IMG/VR virus record: IMGVR_UViG_3300037512_000871 | Coordinates: 1-64,000 of that record | Reading direction: 5' to 3' (one strand) | Origin: a virus | Lineage: Duplodnaviria > Caudoviricetes | Length of the DNA stretch: 64,000 nucleotides | In this document: positions 37,049 to 47,555 of the stretch, piece by piece | Layout of the letters: every line of letters starts with the position of its first letter | Position numbering within the stretch: position 1 is the first letter of the stretch | The notes under the pieces: model-generated | What the model saw: the letters and a program-made list of their open reading frames with translations, nothing else | Told to the model about the DNA's origin: nothing | Databases searched by the model: none | Program-made: the position numbers and the translations under genes

Positions 37049-38091
37049 ACTTCACCTATAACTTGTCCGCAAGTTGGGCAAACAGTACCGACCAGAGCAT
37101 GAAGTTTGTCCTCGTACTCTTTATACATGTTCTTTGCCTGTTTTCCTTGCTGAATCAGTGTTTTGAATGTGGATTGTTCGGCTTGCAGTTCGTTGAGGTT
37201 CTGACGATACTCAACAATGTCGTGCTGAATACGGCTGAGGGAAATAATATCAGATTCAGCCTCAGTGATGTTATTGTTCTGCAACTTGACAACAACATCC
37301 TTGAGCTGGCTTCTCAGCAGTCTGATTTCGTACAGCTCGTTATACTGCTCATCCGCAACCTGTTTGAGTTGTTCCAGTACACACAGGTCTTTATCTGCAT
37401 CGGCGTAGCGTTCATAACCAGCCATAGCGCGTTCAATCCAAAACAGCTTGTCTTTGTACTCGGTAATTGCTTTTAGTTCTTCTTGCAATTTAACGCAAAC
37501 GTCACGGTCGGCAGTGTATGCTTTCAGCAATCCAGCCGCCATGTCAACATCAGCGTAAAAAGCAAGCTCTTCTTTAGCCTTTGAGATACAGACTTTGAGT
37601 TTCTCCACACTATCGGCAGTCTGTTTGACATAACGATTTGTGTTTGACGTAACGGTCTGAATCTCGTTAAGGTCAAGCATCGTACTGAACTGTTCCGCTG
37701 TTTCAGAACCTTTGTAGTAGACCATAAACGGCAAATCTCGTCTGTCCTGAATCGAGATAACGTCCATGTTCACCAGTAATGCAATATCACCGGGTACACT
37801 GGTTCTGAACGACTTATACAGATTGTCATTCAGCTTGTAGGTATTGCTTGAGGCACTGTACGACCTCTCAATCACATTACCGTCAATCGTTGCTGATACG
37901 GTGCATTTCTGAGTGCCGTGTTTGACGAGCTTGCTTGAATCTCCGTCATTCATCAACACCCACTTCAACCCACGGAATATGGCTGTCTTACCTGAATCCG
38001 TAGGTCCTGTGATAACGTTGACACCTTCAATGAAGTTCAACGTAATGTTCTCGTGTTTCTGTAGATTGGTAGCTTTTAATTGCTCAATCAT
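37045..38091 (-). CDS. Rad50/SbcC-like ATPase, N-terminal half
   Basis: NLQKH, Walker A GPTDSGKT, coiled coil ending in CPTC zinc hook. Confidence 0.88.
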   Translation of the reverse strand: MIEQLKATNLQKHENITLNFIEGVNVITGPTDSGKTAIFRGLKWVLMNDGDSSKLVKHGTQKCTVSATIDGNVIERSYSASSNTYKLNDNLYKSFRTSVPGDIALLVNMDVISIQDRRDLPFMVYYKGSETAEQFSTMLDLNEIQTVTSNTNRYVKQTADSVEKLKVCISKAKEELAFYADVDMAAGLLKAYTADRDVCVKLQEELKAITEYKDKLFWIERAMAGYERYADADKDLCVLEQLKQVADEQYNELYEIRLLRSQLKDVVVKLQNNNITEAESDIISLSRIQHDIVEYRQNLNELQAEQSTFKTLIQQGKQAKNMYKEYEDKLHALVGTVCPTCGQVIGEV

Positions 38092-38290
38092 CGAAACCTC
38101 CTGTATTGTTCTCAAGAATTAAACGATAATCGGGCAGCATAAACTTTTTAGCCAGTCTTTTAGCCACGCGAATATCCTGTACTCCGTAGTTGATAAGACG
38201 AATAGCCTGACGCTTATGCAGTCCGGTTATCTTACATACCTGCTCTGTGGTAAGTCCCATCTGAGCAACAATGTTAAACAGCTTTGTCAA
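38084..38290 (-). CDS. small HTH protein
   Basis: GLTTEQVCKITGL HTH-like. Confidence 0.55.
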   Translation of the reverse strand: MTKLFNIVAQMGLTTEQVCKITGLHKRQAIRLINYGVQDIRVAKRLAKKFMLPDYRLILENNTGGFDD

Positions 38291-38690
38291 GGGTAGCCAC
38301 CGAAATTCTTATTTTTGGTGTGTCACTGTATAACTTGAATGAGTGCCTGACAGCTATTAAACTATCGTCTGCCCATAGAATCCCTGTTAAGGCGTCTTGC
38401 AGGGCTTTTCCGCAGTTGTCAATGTCTGGTCTGGTAATCTTATAGACCGGGTTGCCTTTGAGCGATTTTGGGGGCTTAAAATAAAAACCAAAGTGTACCT
38501 CCAATGGAATACCACTAAAAAGAGGTATGGTTTCATGTTTCAAATCCTCTGTAACGTATTCGGCAACCTGTTTCTTGAAGTTTACGACTTTTGCAGGTTG
38601 GTAGGTGGTGATATGCTTTCCGATACGGCGAACCCTTACGGATTGAACAGGGATTACCTCAAAAGGAATCTCTATTTCGTATCGAGCCAT
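38274..38690 (-). CDS. rusA: RusA Holliday junction resolvase
   Basis: RPDIDN..K...DAL..ILWADDS. Confidence 0.92.
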   Translation of the reverse strand: MARYEIEIPFEVIPVQSVRVRRIGKHITTYQPAKVVNFKKQVAEYVTEDLKHETIPLFSGIPLEVHFGFYFKPPKSLKGNPVYKITRPDIDNCGKALQDALTGILWADDSLIAVRHSFKLYSDTPKIRISVATLDKAV

Positions 38691-39703
38691 TATTCACCTC
38701 CCATTAATTCAGACCAAAACTCGGAACCCTGCTTTTGAATCAGACCATAGTAATCACAGAGTTTGATGAAATACTTATAGTCAAATTCATCAGGAACCAG
38801 CTCGAAGTAAGGAACACCACCAAGAGGAAGACGAACCAGTTTATCCCATAGGGCAAGTTCACCGTTCTTTTTGGCATCCTCAATCTTTTTGACAAGGAGT
38901 GATGGTTTTCCTGATGGTGTTCTGATTGTTCCGGTAAGCAGATATTCAAGCGCACGATTCTCACCGATACCTCTAACACCCGGAACCGCATCAGAGTGAC
39001 ACCCAGCCAATGCTTTCACGTCAGCAAATCGACTTGGATGTAGACCACGGAGTTTTGGGCTGTTCATGGCTCTCGTTTCGTTGTAGACAGTAACGTTATT
39101 GCCGCCACCGTATTCCCTGACCGAAGCCATAGCCACGTTTTTTCTGATGAGCTGGATGTAATCGTTATCGTCAGAGTAGATAACAAAGTATCTGTCAGGG
39201 TAGGAATCAACAATACTGGCAATAATATCGTCACCTTCATATCCGTCAGCCTTGTAGCAGTTCTTGAAGCCGAGTTTTGGAACTACCTCAGTCTCAATGA
39301 TTTTCCAGAAATACTCACACTCTTTACGGATTTGCAGGTTTTTATCCATAGCCTCCGTAGTCCTTTGGCTTGTGTGTGGCATTTCTTTTTCAGGATTCCA
39401 GCCAGCCCGATTGTTTTTATAATCAGGATAGAGCTTACGCCTGATACTGGTTTCCCTTGAACAGTCCCATGCAAACACTAACTTTGTGGTGTTAAGTGCT
39501 TTGCAAATGAACTCGATTTTATCAAAGAAACAGTTCAGGATAGTAGCCTCACGCTCTTCCTGACTTCTTACATTAGGATAGTTTTTGTATGCCTTGAATG
39601 TAGCGTTCCAGCATACACAACGGCTGTCAACTAAAATGGTAATGCGGTCTTTCGGCATATTCAGGAAGTTGACAGCTCGTTCACGGTTCGTTAAGTTTGG
39701 CAT
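38690..39703 (-). CDS. 5'-3' exonuclease/flap endonuclease (T4 RNase H-like)
   Basis: WD, RR.LYP.YK.NR, EGDDII, SDD.D..QL, SD.VPGV.GIG. Confidence 0.92.
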   Translation of the reverse strand: MPNLTNRERAVNFLNMPKDRITILVDSRCVCWNATFKAYKNYPNVRSQEEREATILNCFFDKIEFICKALNTTKLVFAWDCSRETSIRRKLYPDYKNNRAGWNPEKEMPHTSQRTTEAMDKNLQIRKECEYFWKIIETEVVPKLGFKNCYKADGYEGDDIIASIVDSYPDRYFVIYSDDNDYIQLIRKNVAMASVREYGGGNNVTVYNETRAMNSPKLRGLHPSRFADVKALAGCHSDAVPGVRGIGENRALEYLLTGTIRTPSGKPSLLVKKIEDAKKNGELALWDKLVRLPLGGVPYFELVPDEFDYKYFIKLCDYYGLIQKQGSEFWSELMGGE

Positions 39704-40013
39704 CTATAATAGCTCTCCTACAGTAATCTATGGAGCGTTGCATTTTTCTTGATACACGTTCGGCGTTATTTAGAGTTACGTTAGGGACTTGTACCGTACA
39801 TTCAACGTAGGCTCTATCTCGTCCTTCGCTGATATTCATGGCGTAACACCAAGCCTCATCCGTAAGCCCTGAACGTTTCCTGAAATCCAAGTAAGCCCGA
39901 TTCCTCACGACCATTTCCTTGTAATCGGCTACGGTCATATTTGATTCAGGAATGTCGGACAGGTTGATTGTAAAGGAATCGTCTTCGGGGTTCTCTAAAT
40001 AACGCTTCTTCAT
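39681..40013 (-). CDS. hypothetical protein
   Basis: In operon. Confidence 0.65.
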   Translation of the reverse strand: MKKRYLENPEDDSFTINLSDIPESNMTVADYKEMVVRNRAYLDFRKRSGLTDEAWCYAMNISEGRDRAYVECTVQVPNVTLNNAERVSRKMQRSIDYCRRAIIDAKLNEP

Positions 40014-40015
40014 GT

Positions 40016-40213
40016 TCAGAAATCCGGTAGACGTGCTTCGCCTGCGTGTTGCAAGTCATACACGTGTTGTTCACAGATTGAATCCACCTTTTCGATAAGT
40101 TCCTTGATGGATTCTTCGTATTCAGGCTTAACCTCATTCTCGTTGAGTTTGACTTCAAGAGCTATGGATTCGTAAGCCTTGGTCTGCATGGTTCGTCTGT
40201 AAGAAATTTCCAT
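40016..40213 (-). CDS. small hypothetical protein
   Basis: In operon, RBS. Confidence 0.65.
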   Translation of the reverse strand: MEISYRRTMQTKAYESIALEVKLNENEVKPEYEESIKELIEKVDSICEQHVYDLQHAGEARLPDF

Positions 40214-40264
40214 TGTTGTTTACCTTATTGGGGTGGTGGTTGTTATGCCACCACCCCTGTTTTG

Positions 40265-41302
40265 TTAAGCGTCAATATCGAAGTCACCAAGCTCGAAATC
40301 ATCGCTCTGCTGAACTTCCTCTTCCGTGGCAAATCCAGTCTGCGGCGGTTCATCAGCGGCTTTGGTATCAAGGGTTTCGACCTCTTCCCTCGTGCTGACA
40401 GGACGCTCAATACCAGTAGATGCCGCCTCTTCAATAGCGATTTCCACATCAGGCTGTGTTGCAACCTCTTCCTGTTTGGGAGCCGCAACATTAACCGGAC
40501 GCTCATCAATCAGAGCATACAGTTCCTCGTAAGACGGAGCATCAGGAATCAGCAGGTCAAGGTCAGCCACATAATCAAAGAGCTGTTCAGGAAGCATCTT
40601 GGACGTGGAAAGGTCGAGCTTCACATCAAGCAACTGCATCATCTGCTTGGACTTCGGGTTGGTAGCAACAGCCGGAGCCATGCCGAACCGAGCAGTGAAC
40701 CAGTAACCAAGTTCAATGTCGGAGTAGCTGTAGATTTTATCAGCTTCTTTCGGCTTGAACTGCTCTTCTGCTTTCAGAGCTTTGTCGAAAATGGGAATGA
40801 AATAGAACTCGGTGCATTTGACAACACGAGGAACGACCTTCACACTGCCGCTTTCAGTAGGAGTTTTGAATACGGCATTGAACAGAAGCATCTTTTTGGG
40901 TCTGAGCTTGCTGTACGGAGACTGATTTGTCTTGTCGTTCTTGATTTCATCCCAATGCGCCGCAACAGTCTCGCACAGGGGGCATTTCTTGCCGTAAGTG
41001 GTCGGACACACAACTGTACGACCATCCGGCAGATTATGGGTTTTGTAGCGTCTGAAAGCACTGAACTCACCGGGTTTCGTGCCACCTGCATTGACAGCCT
41101 TTGTGGTCTGGAAGTCAACGATACGCATGATAGCCTCTTCCGGTTTGTCATTCTGGGGCCACCAGAGCTTCACACCTTTCGGAAGTGTACTGGTGTTAAG
41201 AATCTCCCTGAAATTGCCAGTGAGGACAGCTTTTGCCGCCGCCACTCGTGCATCATGAGATTCGCGCATACGTTTGATGTCAGCCATTGTGAAATTGCTC
41301 AT
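40265..41302 (-). CDS. gp32-like single-stranded DNA-binding protein
   Basis: H...VCP..YGKKCPLCE zinc motif; acidic C-terminal tail. Confidence 0.8.
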   Translation of the reverse strand: MSNFTMADIKRMRESHDARVAAAKAVLTGNFREILNTSTLPKGVKLWWPQNDKPEEAIMRIVDFQTTKAVNAGGTKPGEFSAFRRYKTHNLPDGRTVVCPTTYGKKCPLCETVAAHWDEIKNDKTNQSPYSKLRPKKMLLFNAVFKTPTESGSVKVVPRVVKCTEFYFIPIFDKALKAEEQFKPKEADKIYSYSDIELGYWFTARFGMAPAVATNPKSKQMMQLLDVKLDLSTSKMLPEQLFDYVADLDLLIPDAPSYEELYALIDERPVNVAAPKQEEVATQPDVEIAIEEAASTGIERPVSTREEVETLDTKAADEPPQTGFATEEEVQQSDDFELGDFDIDA

Positions 41303-41319
41303 AGTCTTCTCCTTTGGGA

Positions 41320-41643
41320 TTAGTTATTGGTGTGGTTCAGAAACATATCACGTGCGAAATCAAGTTCAGCTTTGTAACAATCGACCTTTGCCTGAGCATT
41401 TGTAACACTCGCGTTAAGGTTGGCAAATTCAGCGATTGTCATACTCCTGATGCATTCTTCGGAGTATTTAGCACCGAGCAGTTTTTCCTTGTAAAGTTCG
41501 GTACGTTTGGTGTGTCTTGCCTTGTCATATTCAGCAGTGAGTTCGGCAAGTTCCAATCTCGCATTCTCGTAATTGCTCAGAGCTTTTGCGTAGTTCAGCT
41601 TGAGTTCTTCGATGTTGTTGAGGGTTGCGACTAATTCAGCCAT
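41320..41643 (-). CDS. UvsY-like recombination mediator (putative)
   Basis: Helical, adjacent to SSB. Confidence 0.45.
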   Translation of the reverse strand: MAELVATLNNIEELKLNYAKALSNYENARLELAELTAEYDKARHTKRTELYKEKLLGAKYSEECIRSMTIAEFANLNASVTNAQAKVDCYKAELDFARDMFLNHTNN

Positions 41644-41683
41644 TGTTGTTCTCCTGTTTGGGTTGTGAGGACTGCTTAAGTAT

Positions 41684-41711
41684 AATATAGCACACTTAAA
41701 GCAAAAATCAA
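41684..41711 (-). promoter_or_regulatory. sigma70-type promoter
   Basis: TTGATT-N16-TATATT with TG extension. Confidence 0.7.
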
Positions 41712-41737
41712 GCGAAAATCAATAAAAAGTTGAAAAT

Positions 41738-43045
41738 TTATTCAGGTAAATCTCGAAAACCCTTGAAAATTGGGAATCTGAGGGAAGGTTTGCCTGTTGC
41801 ATCGGTTGTTTCCTCGAAGTATTTCACGGTTATCTTGCGTCCGAGGTACTTATCAGGGTTGTTATAAAGGTCAATCCTAAGCTCGTCAGAAAGCCCACTG
41901 CCAACAGCGACAGGATTACCCTTATAACGAACAACCATAGCCCCAGCCAGTTTCGTTTCTTCCATTTGACCTGTTTTTACATTGAGGATATTCTTGGTGG
42001 TTCCTGTAATGTCCTCAATAATAAACTCGTCATCGGTGAACTTCTTGACCTTCAGCAAATCAGCAGTACGACCAGACTGATATGGGGCATCGGCACGAAG
42101 AATCAGACCTTCCCATCCTTTACGTTCGACAAGCTGAGTTGCCTTATCGAAGTTCTCAGGCGTGTACTTACAATGCCCAATTACGCTGAACTTCGAGCTT
42201 GTGAAATTCTGAAACATGAACTCCAAAGCATTTAATCTCAGGCGGTAGGGTCTGTCTGATTTGATACCCAAGAACTCCTCCGGGGTAAGCATATCGAACA
42301 TCTTGTAGTGCGGTTTGAGCATTGTCTCGTGCCGTCTGATTTCCGATACTGCCTGTTTGAAGTTCTCCTTGTTATTCTCGTCAATGACACAAAGCTCACC
42401 ATCGAGATAACAGGAAGTGCCGAATCTCTTGAATACAGGCAACAGAGCCTCACGAAGTAACTCCAAAGAAGTATAAGGATGCCCAATACGAGAGAAGAAG
42501 TTGACTGCATTTGTGCTTGCCTTATACTCACAAATCAACCTTACTCCGTCCAGTTTACGTGTGATGATATAGGGGGTTGTTTCGACACGCTTGCTGAAGG
42601 TCGGGCTTTTATGAATATCGTGAGCTAAGGCAACTTCAAACACAGGTATCTTCAAGTCCATACAGGCATTGATAGTCTTGGTGTCTGCTCCGATTTTCAG
42701 GTCTTTATCGAAAATCTTATACAGTACATCTTCGTATTCATTACCTGCCTGACGAATGAAACTGGCACAGTAATCAAGAGCCTCGTTACCACTAAGCGCA
42801 CGAGAAGCCAAGCGTTGTAGAATGTAGACCAAGCTCGTATCGTTGCTCATGGTGATTGACGGTGTGAACTTTCTGATTGAGTTTGAAGTAACACCGAGCG
42901 TAGTCATTGGGTTATACAAGATGGACAGAAGCTCACGTACTACTCCGTTTTTCGAGTAATACTTCAAGCATTCTTTCTTGTGGCTTTGCTTGTTGCTCGT
43001 GTTCATGGCACTCACAAACTGCTTGATAATTGGTAAAGTTTGCAT
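41738..43045 (-). CDS. ATP-dependent DNA ligase
   Basis: KLDG, LDGEL, FDML, EGLILR, LLKVK, SLRFP. Confidence 0.95.
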   Translation of the reverse strand: MQTLPIIKQFVSAMNTSNKQSHKKECLKYYSKNGVVRELLSILYNPMTTLGVTSNSIRKFTPSITMSNDTSLVYILQRLASRALSGNEALDYCASFIRQAGNEYEDVLYKIFDKDLKIGADTKTINACMDLKIPVFEVALAHDIHKSPTFSKRVETTPYIITRKLDGVRLICEYKASTNAVNFFSRIGHPYTSLELLREALLPVFKRFGTSCYLDGELCVIDENNKENFKQAVSEIRRHETMLKPHYKMFDMLTPEEFLGIKSDRPYRLRLNALEFMFQNFTSSKFSVIGHCKYTPENFDKATQLVERKGWEGLILRADAPYQSGRTADLLKVKKFTDDEFIIEDITGTTKNILNVKTGQMEETKLAGAMVVRYKGNPVAVGSGLSDELRIDLYNNPDKYLGRKITVKYFEETTDATGKPSLRFPIFKGFRDLPE

Positions 43046-43379
43046 GATATTTAATCCTATCAAAGTTGTCGCATACGATTACTTGGTCTTCATAACTCAG
43101 GCGTTTCACTACGTCAAATAATGAAAGCAAATACCTGACCAAGAAGTTTACATTATAATCGTTTGCAGTTAGTTGTTCGTTGAGTTGTTTTCTTGTTGTA
43201 TTGACGTTTGAGTTGGTGAAATGTGACAGGAAATCAAGGTCGTGTGCCATAAGCAACCTTCTGTCCACCGAGTAGTTGATTTCGTTGCAAGTATCACATA
43301 GAAAATCAATTAGCTTGGTAGGATAGCGTTTCTTTACGGCACACAACATATCTATCGGGTCATAAAACAGAACTTCCAT
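42933..43379 (-). CDS. hypothetical protein
   Basis: In operon; 3' end overlaps the ligase. Confidence 0.55.
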   Translation of the reverse strand: MEVLFYDPIDMLCAVKKRYPTKLIDFLCDTCNEINYSVDRRLLMAHDLDFLSHFTNSNVNTTRKQLNEQLTANDYNVNFLVRYLLSLFDVVKRLSYEDQVIVCDNFDRIKYHANFTNYQAVCECHEHEQQAKPQERMLEVLLEKRSST

Positions 43380-43995
43380 TTTTCTTCATAAGTTCTATTT
43401 TGTGGTTGAGATACCAGACCGCTTTTTCCAAATCCTCAACCGCATCACCCTTCTTCCCTGCTCTGAGGATGTATTTGAGTGCGTTACCGACTGAGAAATC
43501 GTACTTGTCTGTAATCTCAATGACCTCAAGACCGAAGGGAGTATCAGTGTAATGTTTGGGGTGGTTTACGGCGTCTGCTTTTGACAGAGCGTGTTGCGGT
43601 TTAATATCATAGTCCATATAGGGTGGGTAGGACTTCTTTTCGTGCATAACAACAGGCGCATCGTTGACAATAGGCGCATCATCCTCAATAGGGACAGTAA
43701 AGTTATGGTCATCCAAGTAGAAATCACCATACACCTTACGTGGGTTGTTCTGCCACTCTGCTTTAAGGCGGTCGAGGTTATCGTTTACGGCATCAGGTTT
43801 AAGCCCGATACTTGTCAACCATTCCAAAGCCTCTTTCAGCCTGTCTCCTTCTCGCATCGTCCAAAGAATCCACTCGTTATGAGGAGAGTTTTGAACGTAT
43901 TTCCGCAAGAAGTCCGTATTGCGTTTGATTTCCTTACCAATGGCAGGGAACTTATTTTCACACAACGTACCGTCAAAATCAACAACAAAAATCAT
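43360..43995 (-). CDS. HAD-family hydrolase fused to DUF3310-like domain
   Basis: DFDGT, LWT.R, YLDD; then DAVNHPKHY...GNALKY..RAGKK...DLEKA.WY. Confidence 0.85.
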   Translation of the reverse strand: MIFVVDFDGTLCENKFPAIGKEIKRNTDFLRKYVQNSPHNEWILWTMREGDRLKEALEWLTSIGLKPDAVNDNLDRLKAEWQNNPRKVYGDFYLDDHNFTVPIEDDAPIVNDAPVVMHEKKSYPPYMDYDIKPQHALSKADAVNHPKHYTDTPFGLEVIEITDKYDFSVGNALKYILRAGKKGDAVEDLEKAVWYLNHKIELMKKNGSSVL

Positions 43996-44948
43996 TATTT
44001 CACCTCGAACGCACAGGCAAGCATATACGTCAGACCGCACTTACCTGCATTAAAGAAAGGATTAAGGAAACACTCAGCAATACGAACCATACGCGCCCTG
44101 TCCGTTGCGGATTTGGAGTTAATCATGCAAGCGTTGAGATAGCCGAGAATAGCCATACGCACCGTTTCTTCCTGACCGCTATATGCTTTCAGGAACGATA
44201 CGATTTCTTCCCATGTACCTCTTTTGCTTACGATTGACTTGCAAAGAGCGCGTGTATCGGCTTCAAGTTTTTCACCTGTACCGCCCTGCATCTCAATCGC
44301 CTTGTCAACATTACCGCCATTGAGTGCATAGTTTTCAAGAATCTGCAACGATACTCTGGCAGACGATTCAGAGTTCAATGCAATCTTTTTCATAGCTTCA
44401 TCGTCAATCTTAATCCCGGTCTTTTGAACAACACGACCAAGATTCTTATAGATGGCAGACGGAGTTAATGGTTTGATTGGCAGAACCTTACAACGGCTCT
44501 TCAATGCTTTAGGCATCTTGGAAGCATCGGTCGTACAGAAGAAAACAAACGTGCATGGCGGAACCTCTTCACAATTCCGCAACAGAGCCTCGAAACAGAT
44601 AGGAGTAAGACCCTGCATCTCGTCAATAATATAGACCCTGCCCTTGGAGGTTCTTGTCATAGGATAAGTACCCCACATGTCAACAAAGGCTCTTATATTA
44701 TCAATCGAACGGTCTTTACTGGCATCGAGAATCTGCACATCACCGAGTGAGGCATTACAACCAATCGCTTTAGCAAACACGTAAGCGGCTGTCGTTTTGC
44801 CACATCCAAACTGTCCTTCAAGCAGAAAGACCCTCGGCTGTGTTTTATCATCTGTGTGTTCTGCGACATGTTTCAGGATTGCCACAGCTTCATCCTGACC
44901 TACAATTTCGTCAAAGGTGGTAGGTCTCATTTCGTTGTATAATGACAT
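43995..44948 (-). CDS. clamp loader ATPase (DnaX gamma/tau-like)
   Basis: RP.TFDEIVGQ, GCGKTT, IIDE, SRC. Confidence 0.92.
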   Translation of the reverse strand: MSLYNEMRPTTFDEIVGQDEAVAILKHVAEHTDDKTQPRVFLLEGQFGCGKTTAAYVFAKAIGCNASLGDVQILDASKDRSIDNIRAFVDMWGTYPMTRTSKGRVYIIDEMQGLTPICFEALLRNCEEVPPCTFVFFCTTDASKMPKALKSRCKVLPIKPLTPSAIYKNLGRVVQKTGIKIDDEAMKKIALNSESSARVSLQILENYALNGGNVDKAIEMQGGTGEKLEADTRALCKSIVSKRGTWEEIVSFLKAYSGQEETVRMAILGYLNACMINSKSATDRARMVRIAECFLNPFFNAGKCGLTYMLACAFEVK

Positions 44949-44958
44949 TTACGTCTCC

Positions 44959-46335
44959 TTATGAATGTTTGATTTCGCCCATTTCTTCAAGGTCAGCCCA
45001 AGAAGCACCGGGTTTGCCTAAGTCAGCTTCAACGGCAATAGGATAAACAATCCATGACCATTCTTTTCTGACCTCGGCTTGACTTTCGATGTAAAGGTCG
45101 CAGATTGTCTGATACTCGTTAGGAACAATATCCATAACGGCTGAATCGTGAATCTGCCCGATAATAAGTGATTTGAGTTTGTACTTGATGAACTTTCGCT
45201 GTAAATGAATCAGCGTGTTCAGAAGCACATGGAAAGCGGAACCTTGAACTACGGTGTTGATAGCCTGTGTTTTAGCCATCTTCATCGTAACCCTGAATCC
45301 TGTCGGGTAGTCAAGATAACCCTGCTTCTTGTATAGCTCCCACTGCTTTTCCTTCCATTCGCCGTAGAACTTGAACAGGTCAAACCAGAACCATTCGTAT
45401 TCCTTTTGGGTGTGGGTCAGCATATCGTCAAACGTATTGATTCCACGCTGTTTAAGGTGTTCGAGGATTGGCTGTCCTGTTCCTGTGTTCGGGTTGTCCT
45501 CTGTAACGAAGTCCCAAAGGTTACGAGCCATTGATTCAAACCCTGCACCGTAAAACCCTGCAAAGACGAATCTGCCTTTAACGGATTTACGAAGAGCTTT
45601 GCACATTTCGTTGTCTTGGAGCATGTAATAGTGCTTTTCAACCTCACTGTGCATGTCGGCGTTCGGGTCTGACAGGAAACGTAACATGTTCGGGTCATGG
45701 TGAATCGAGCAACCACAAGACACCTCATTGGCACGTAAATCCAGTTCAACCAAGCATCTGTCTTTGGAACGAGGCAAGAAACCTGTACGAACAATGTGCT
45801 TCTGGAAGTCGTTGTTCTTAGGCATCTGTTGCAGGTTCGGGTTTACACAGCTTGACCGATAAGTACGTACCGTGTGAAGCATAAACTCAGGGTGGATAAA
45901 ACCGTTCTCATCCACCTCCTGAATCGACTTGCTGATAATGCTCTGCCACAGGATTTTGAGTTGGCTTCGCTTCAGGAGTAGGCTTGATTCTTCGTAAGGC
46001 AGTTTTTCAATAACTGACTTGTCTACGGAATCATTACCCTTCTCTGTCTTGCGGAACTTATCAAAACCACTGGCTTGCAGTACGTTACGAATCTGTGAGG
46101 AGCTGTCAATGTCGGCTTTGTAACCGTACTTGCTCAACCATAACTGCCCCAATTTAGTCTCATTAAGAAACTTATCTTTGAGGCTATCGCACTCTTTGAT
46201 AATCGTTTCCCTCTGAGATTGAAGATAAGGAACGTCAATGTACATGCCGTTATTGCTGACTTGTGTAAGAACGTCCTCACCTTGCATCAGGAGCCTGAAA
46301 GCATCTGATGTAACTGGTACTGCTTGTGAGGTCAT
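44959..46335 (-). CDS. family A DNA polymerase, polymerase domain
   Basis: TYRSSC.NPNLQQ, ELD...E, RKSVK...FYG, N.VQG, QIHDS. Confidence 0.93.
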   Translation of the reverse strand: MTSQAVPVTSDAFRLLMQGEDVLTQVSNNGMYIDVPYLQSQRETIIKECDSLKDKFLNETKLGQLWLSKYGYKADIDSSSQIRNVLQASGFDKFRKTEKGNDSVDKSVIEKLPYEESSLLLKRSQLKILWQSIISKSIQEVDENGFIHPEFMLHTVRTYRSSCVNPNLQQMPKNNDFQKHIVRTGFLPRSKDRCLVELDLRANEVSCGCSIHHDPNMLRFLSDPNADMHSEVEKHYYMLQDNEMCKALRKSVKGRFVFAGFYGAGFESMARNLWDFVTEDNPNTGTGQPILEHLKQRGINTFDDMLTHTQKEYEWFWFDLFKFYGEWKEKQWELYKKQGYLDYPTGFRVTMKMAKTQAINTVVQGSAFHVLLNTLIHLQRKFIKYKLKSLIIGQIHDSAVMDIVPNEYQTICDLYIESQAEVRKEWSWIVYPIAVEADLGKPGASWADLEEMGEIKHS

Positions 46336-47555
46336 GGCTCCTCCGGGAATGAGTTATAGAAGTTTTTGAGTTGGTCAAGTAACACGATTGCTGTACGATA
46401 CTCAACCAAAGAATCTATTGCATTATACGTCAGCAATACCCTCTTCGGTATACGGTGAATTGTGTTGATTGCGTAAGTTCCGTACAGTTTAATGTCCTTA
46501 TCGCTGGGTTTCAATTCAGCTTCAACGTTAGCGTTCCAAACCGTAGTACCAATGAAGATAGGTGCTAAGAACTTGATTGACAGACCGCCCATATCTCTGT
46601 TATCCAAAGCATGAGCAAGAAGCATGGTGTCGATATTCAGCAGAGCCGGATTCGTACCAAGTTTCACAATACTCCAAAGCCTCTCGAAGTGTGAGTTGTG
46701 TGCAATTTTTAGAATGTGTGTCGTTCTGAGCCACTCCGTAAATTTTGGAATCGTATTAGAATCCAACATAAAGGCGTAGCTCAAATCACTGTTCTCGCAA
46801 ATAGACACAGACCACAGCTTCGAGTTATGGTTGTAGGGACGTAAGCAGTTTGTCTCATAATCGAAAGCACTCATACGGCGTTTTGGATTCTTTATCATTT
46901 CGTCCATAACGCTGACAGCATCCGAATCCGTAAGAATCTTGACGCACTCGGTTTCTTCCTTCCAAATGCGCCGAGGTTCTTTCAGGCTGTCAAGGGCGAT
47001 TTTAATATCTCGTTTAATGAGCAAATCGTCTATACTGTCCGGTCTGTTGCCTTTCACGTTAGAGTGTGGAGTAAAAGTTGACATGATGTTGCACTCAAAC
47101 TCCCTGCTGTTGTGAAGCAAACCGTGAACAGCTTGACAGGATGCGTCTTTTTCGACAACTCTGCTGAACAGTACCTTTGCAGACAAATCACCGAAAGCTA
47201 TGATAAGGTTTGGTTTGAGCTTCTTGATTGTCTGTTTCAGGTAAGGAAAACAGCATTGTGCCTGTGTAGCCGTAATTGTGTTTCCGTAGCAAGCCACCGT
47301 TGATGTAACCCAGCAATCCAAGGAGATGTCAACACCGTAAGAGGCTAACACGTCCTTAATCCAACTGAATCTGTCCCCAATAGCATACGTCTTGCTTGTC
47401 TGCTGAATCGGGTCTTGTTTTTCAAGTAGGATAAGGATGCGTTTCTTCCCCTCACCGTATAACATCAGCTTGGAGTTCTTGATTAGGTGGCATGACGCAC
47501 AGTTAGGCTCGTCATACTCAACCCTGCCCATAGATGCTGGCATTACAATTTTCAT
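46332..47555 (-). CDS. UDG-like domain plus 3'-5' exonuclease (N-terminal part of split PolA)
   Basis: CASC..GEG..C..C; FDYET, AHN..FE, YNAID; ATGA overlap with the polymerase gene. Confidence 0.88.
   Translation of the reverse strand: MKIVMPASMGRVEYDEPNCASCHLIKNSKLMLYGEGKKRILILLEKQDPIQQTSKTYAIGDRFSWIKDVLASYGVDISLDCWVTSTVACYGNTITATQAQCCFPYLKQTIKKLKPNLIIAFGDLSAKVLFSRVVEKDASCQAVHGLLHNSREFECNIMSTFTPHSNVKGNRPDSIDDLLIKRDIKIALDSLKEPRRIWKEETECVKILTDSDAVSVMDEMIKNPKRRMSAFDYETNCLRPYNHNSKLWSVSICENSDLSYAFMLDSNTIPKFTEWLRTTHILKIAHNSHFERLWSIVKLGTNPALLNIDTMLLAHALDNRDMGGLSIKFLAPIFIGTTVWNANVEAELKPSDKDIKLYGTYAINTIHRIPKRVLLTYNAIDSLVEYRTAIVLLDQLKNFYNSFPEEP

Noticed and set aside
40262-41323. 353-aa + strand ORF opposite the SSB gene
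   Set aside because: Same antisense shadow effect; spans the SSB gene almost exactly.
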